Source of the DNA: Dubosiella newyorkensis
Lineage (GTDB): Bacteria > Bacillota_I > Bacilli_A > Erysipelotrichales > Erysipelotrichaceae
Direction of reading: 5' to 3'
DNA length: 6,113 nucleotides
Assembly (NCBI RefSeq): GCF_001945605.1
Contig: NZ_MPKA01000039.1
Coordinates: forward strand, 1 to 6,113
Under the pieces are notes generated by a model. That model did no database searches, had not been told where the DNA came from, and saw only the letters and a program-made list of their open reading frames with translations. The translations under genes were made by a program, and so were the position numbers. Of the stretch, positions 5,680 through 6,113 are shown piece after piece (the first letter of the stretch is position 1; every line of letters starts with the position of its first letter).

Positions 5680-5777
5680 TTAGAAAATCCTAGCTTGATG
5701 GCAAGCCGCACGATCGTGCCCTATCAAATCATCGTTCGAGATTCATGGTAAGCGGGAATTAAAACAGCGTATAGAAA

Positions 5778-5821
5778 ACGCTCATCGAATCAGAGACAAT
5801 ATCTCTACCTGCGATGAGCGT
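5778..5821. terminator. Stem-loop inside the IS66 end, terminator-like in both directions
   Basis: A perfect 10-bp inverted repeat, ACGCTCATCG (5778-5787) / CGATGAGCGT (5812-5821), has a nested AGAGA/TCTCT stem in its loop. On the plus strand it is followed by CTTTGTTTTTATT. On the minus strand, 8 nt past the tnpC stop, it is followed by TTTTCTAT. Confidence 0.45.
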
Positions 5822-5829
5822 CTTTGTTT

Positions 5830-6113
5830 TTATTGGCATAGGCTGATCAAATTTGGATTCCAAGGCATACATTGTTCCAGTATTTCGCTGGTCAGCTTTC
5901 CGGCATGTCTTGAGAGTTCTTTTAAAAGGTGAAGGATGTATTTGTAAGGGATCAGCCCATTGGCTTTGGCGCTTTCTACGATCGAGTAGAGCACTCCGCA
6001 AGCCTTGGCTCCTCTAGGACTTCCCGAAAACAGCCAGTTGTTTCTTCCTACCGCAAAATTTCGGATCGTCCTTTCGGCAAGCGAATTGGTCATCGGCAGA
6101 CTTCCGTTGTCCA
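5830..6113 (-). CDS. tnpC: IS66-family transposase (TnpC) C-terminal part; 5' end lies outside the window
   Basis: The frame is open from the window edge: ..DNGSLPMTNSLAERTIRNFAVGRNNWLFSGSPRGAKACGVLYSIVESAKANGLIPYKYILHLLKEL...PWNP... The block N.LAER.IR....GR.NWLF.GS..GA......YS.VE.AK.NG..P..YL is the conserved IS66 TnpC C-terminal region. The Met at 6093 in the ORF track is internal and is not the start. Confidence 0.85.
   Translation of the reverse strand, partial: DNGSLPMTNSLAERTIRNFAVGRNNWLFSGSPRGAKACGVLYSIVESAKANGLIPYKYILHLLKELSRHAGKLTSEILEQCMPWNPNLISLCQ

Larger units (their letters stand above)
5748..6113 (-). mobile_element. IS66-family insertion sequence, right (tnpC-proximal) end; the rest lies outside the window
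   Basis: The IS66-type transposase C-terminus ends at 5830. 82 nt further on, the plus strand reads GTAAGCGGGAATT starting at 5748. IS66-family terminal inverted repeats characteristically begin 5'-GTAA(GCG), read inward from the outside. Confidence 0.7.

Noticed and set aside
5759-6001. An 80-aa minus-strand ORF overlapping the IS66 transposase 3' end.
   Set aside because: It is out of frame with the clearly conserved TnpC C-terminus, runs through the IS terminal hairpin, and has no motifs.
1-6113. A search for CRISPR repeats, tRNA/rRNA, tandem repeats, toxin-antitoxin pairs or defence-system domains (nucleases, ATPases, TIR, SIR2 and the like).
   Set aside because: No spaced direct repeats or RNA-gene-like structures were seen. 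Every sizeable ORF is explained by metabolism or IS functions. I therefore make no defence-system claim.

Overview
Firmicutes-like accessory sugar-metabolism segment (roughly 45% GC by eye). All host genes lie on the minus strand, and the segment is bracketed by the ends of two unrelated insertion sequences. Left edge: the C-terminal 60 codons of an IS200/IS605-family tnpB (plus strand, stop at 182-184), followed by an untranslated right-end region that should encode its omega/reRNA. Right edge: the 3' end of an IS66-family transposase gene (minus strand), with a presumptive IS terminus starting GTAAGCG at 5748. Read in the minus direction, the host genes are as follows. (1) A decayed two-gene unit: a PTS glucose/maltose-family EIICB remnant plus an EEP-family phosphatase, an arrangement resembling malT-mapP. 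It carries four independent lesions. (2) A strong rho-independent terminator. (3) An intact-looking gene string: HAD phosphatase, then an FMN-dependent alpha-hydroxy-acid dehydrogenase-family protein with an N-terminal Cys cluster (start overlaps the HAD stop as ATGA), then a 107-nt structured spacer, then a GH4 6-phospho-beta-glucosidase with the CNVP signature, then an EstA-like esterase. I see no CRISPR array, tRNA/rRNA, toxin-antitoxin pair or recognisable defence system. The most interesting items are the pseudogenised PTS-phosphatase unit, the HAD/Cys-motif flavoenzyme pair, an SD-sequestering hairpin in front of the GH4 gene, the expected TnpB guide-RNA region, and a strong GATC/CGATCG excess. 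All functional calls come from motif recognition by eye, with no database search.
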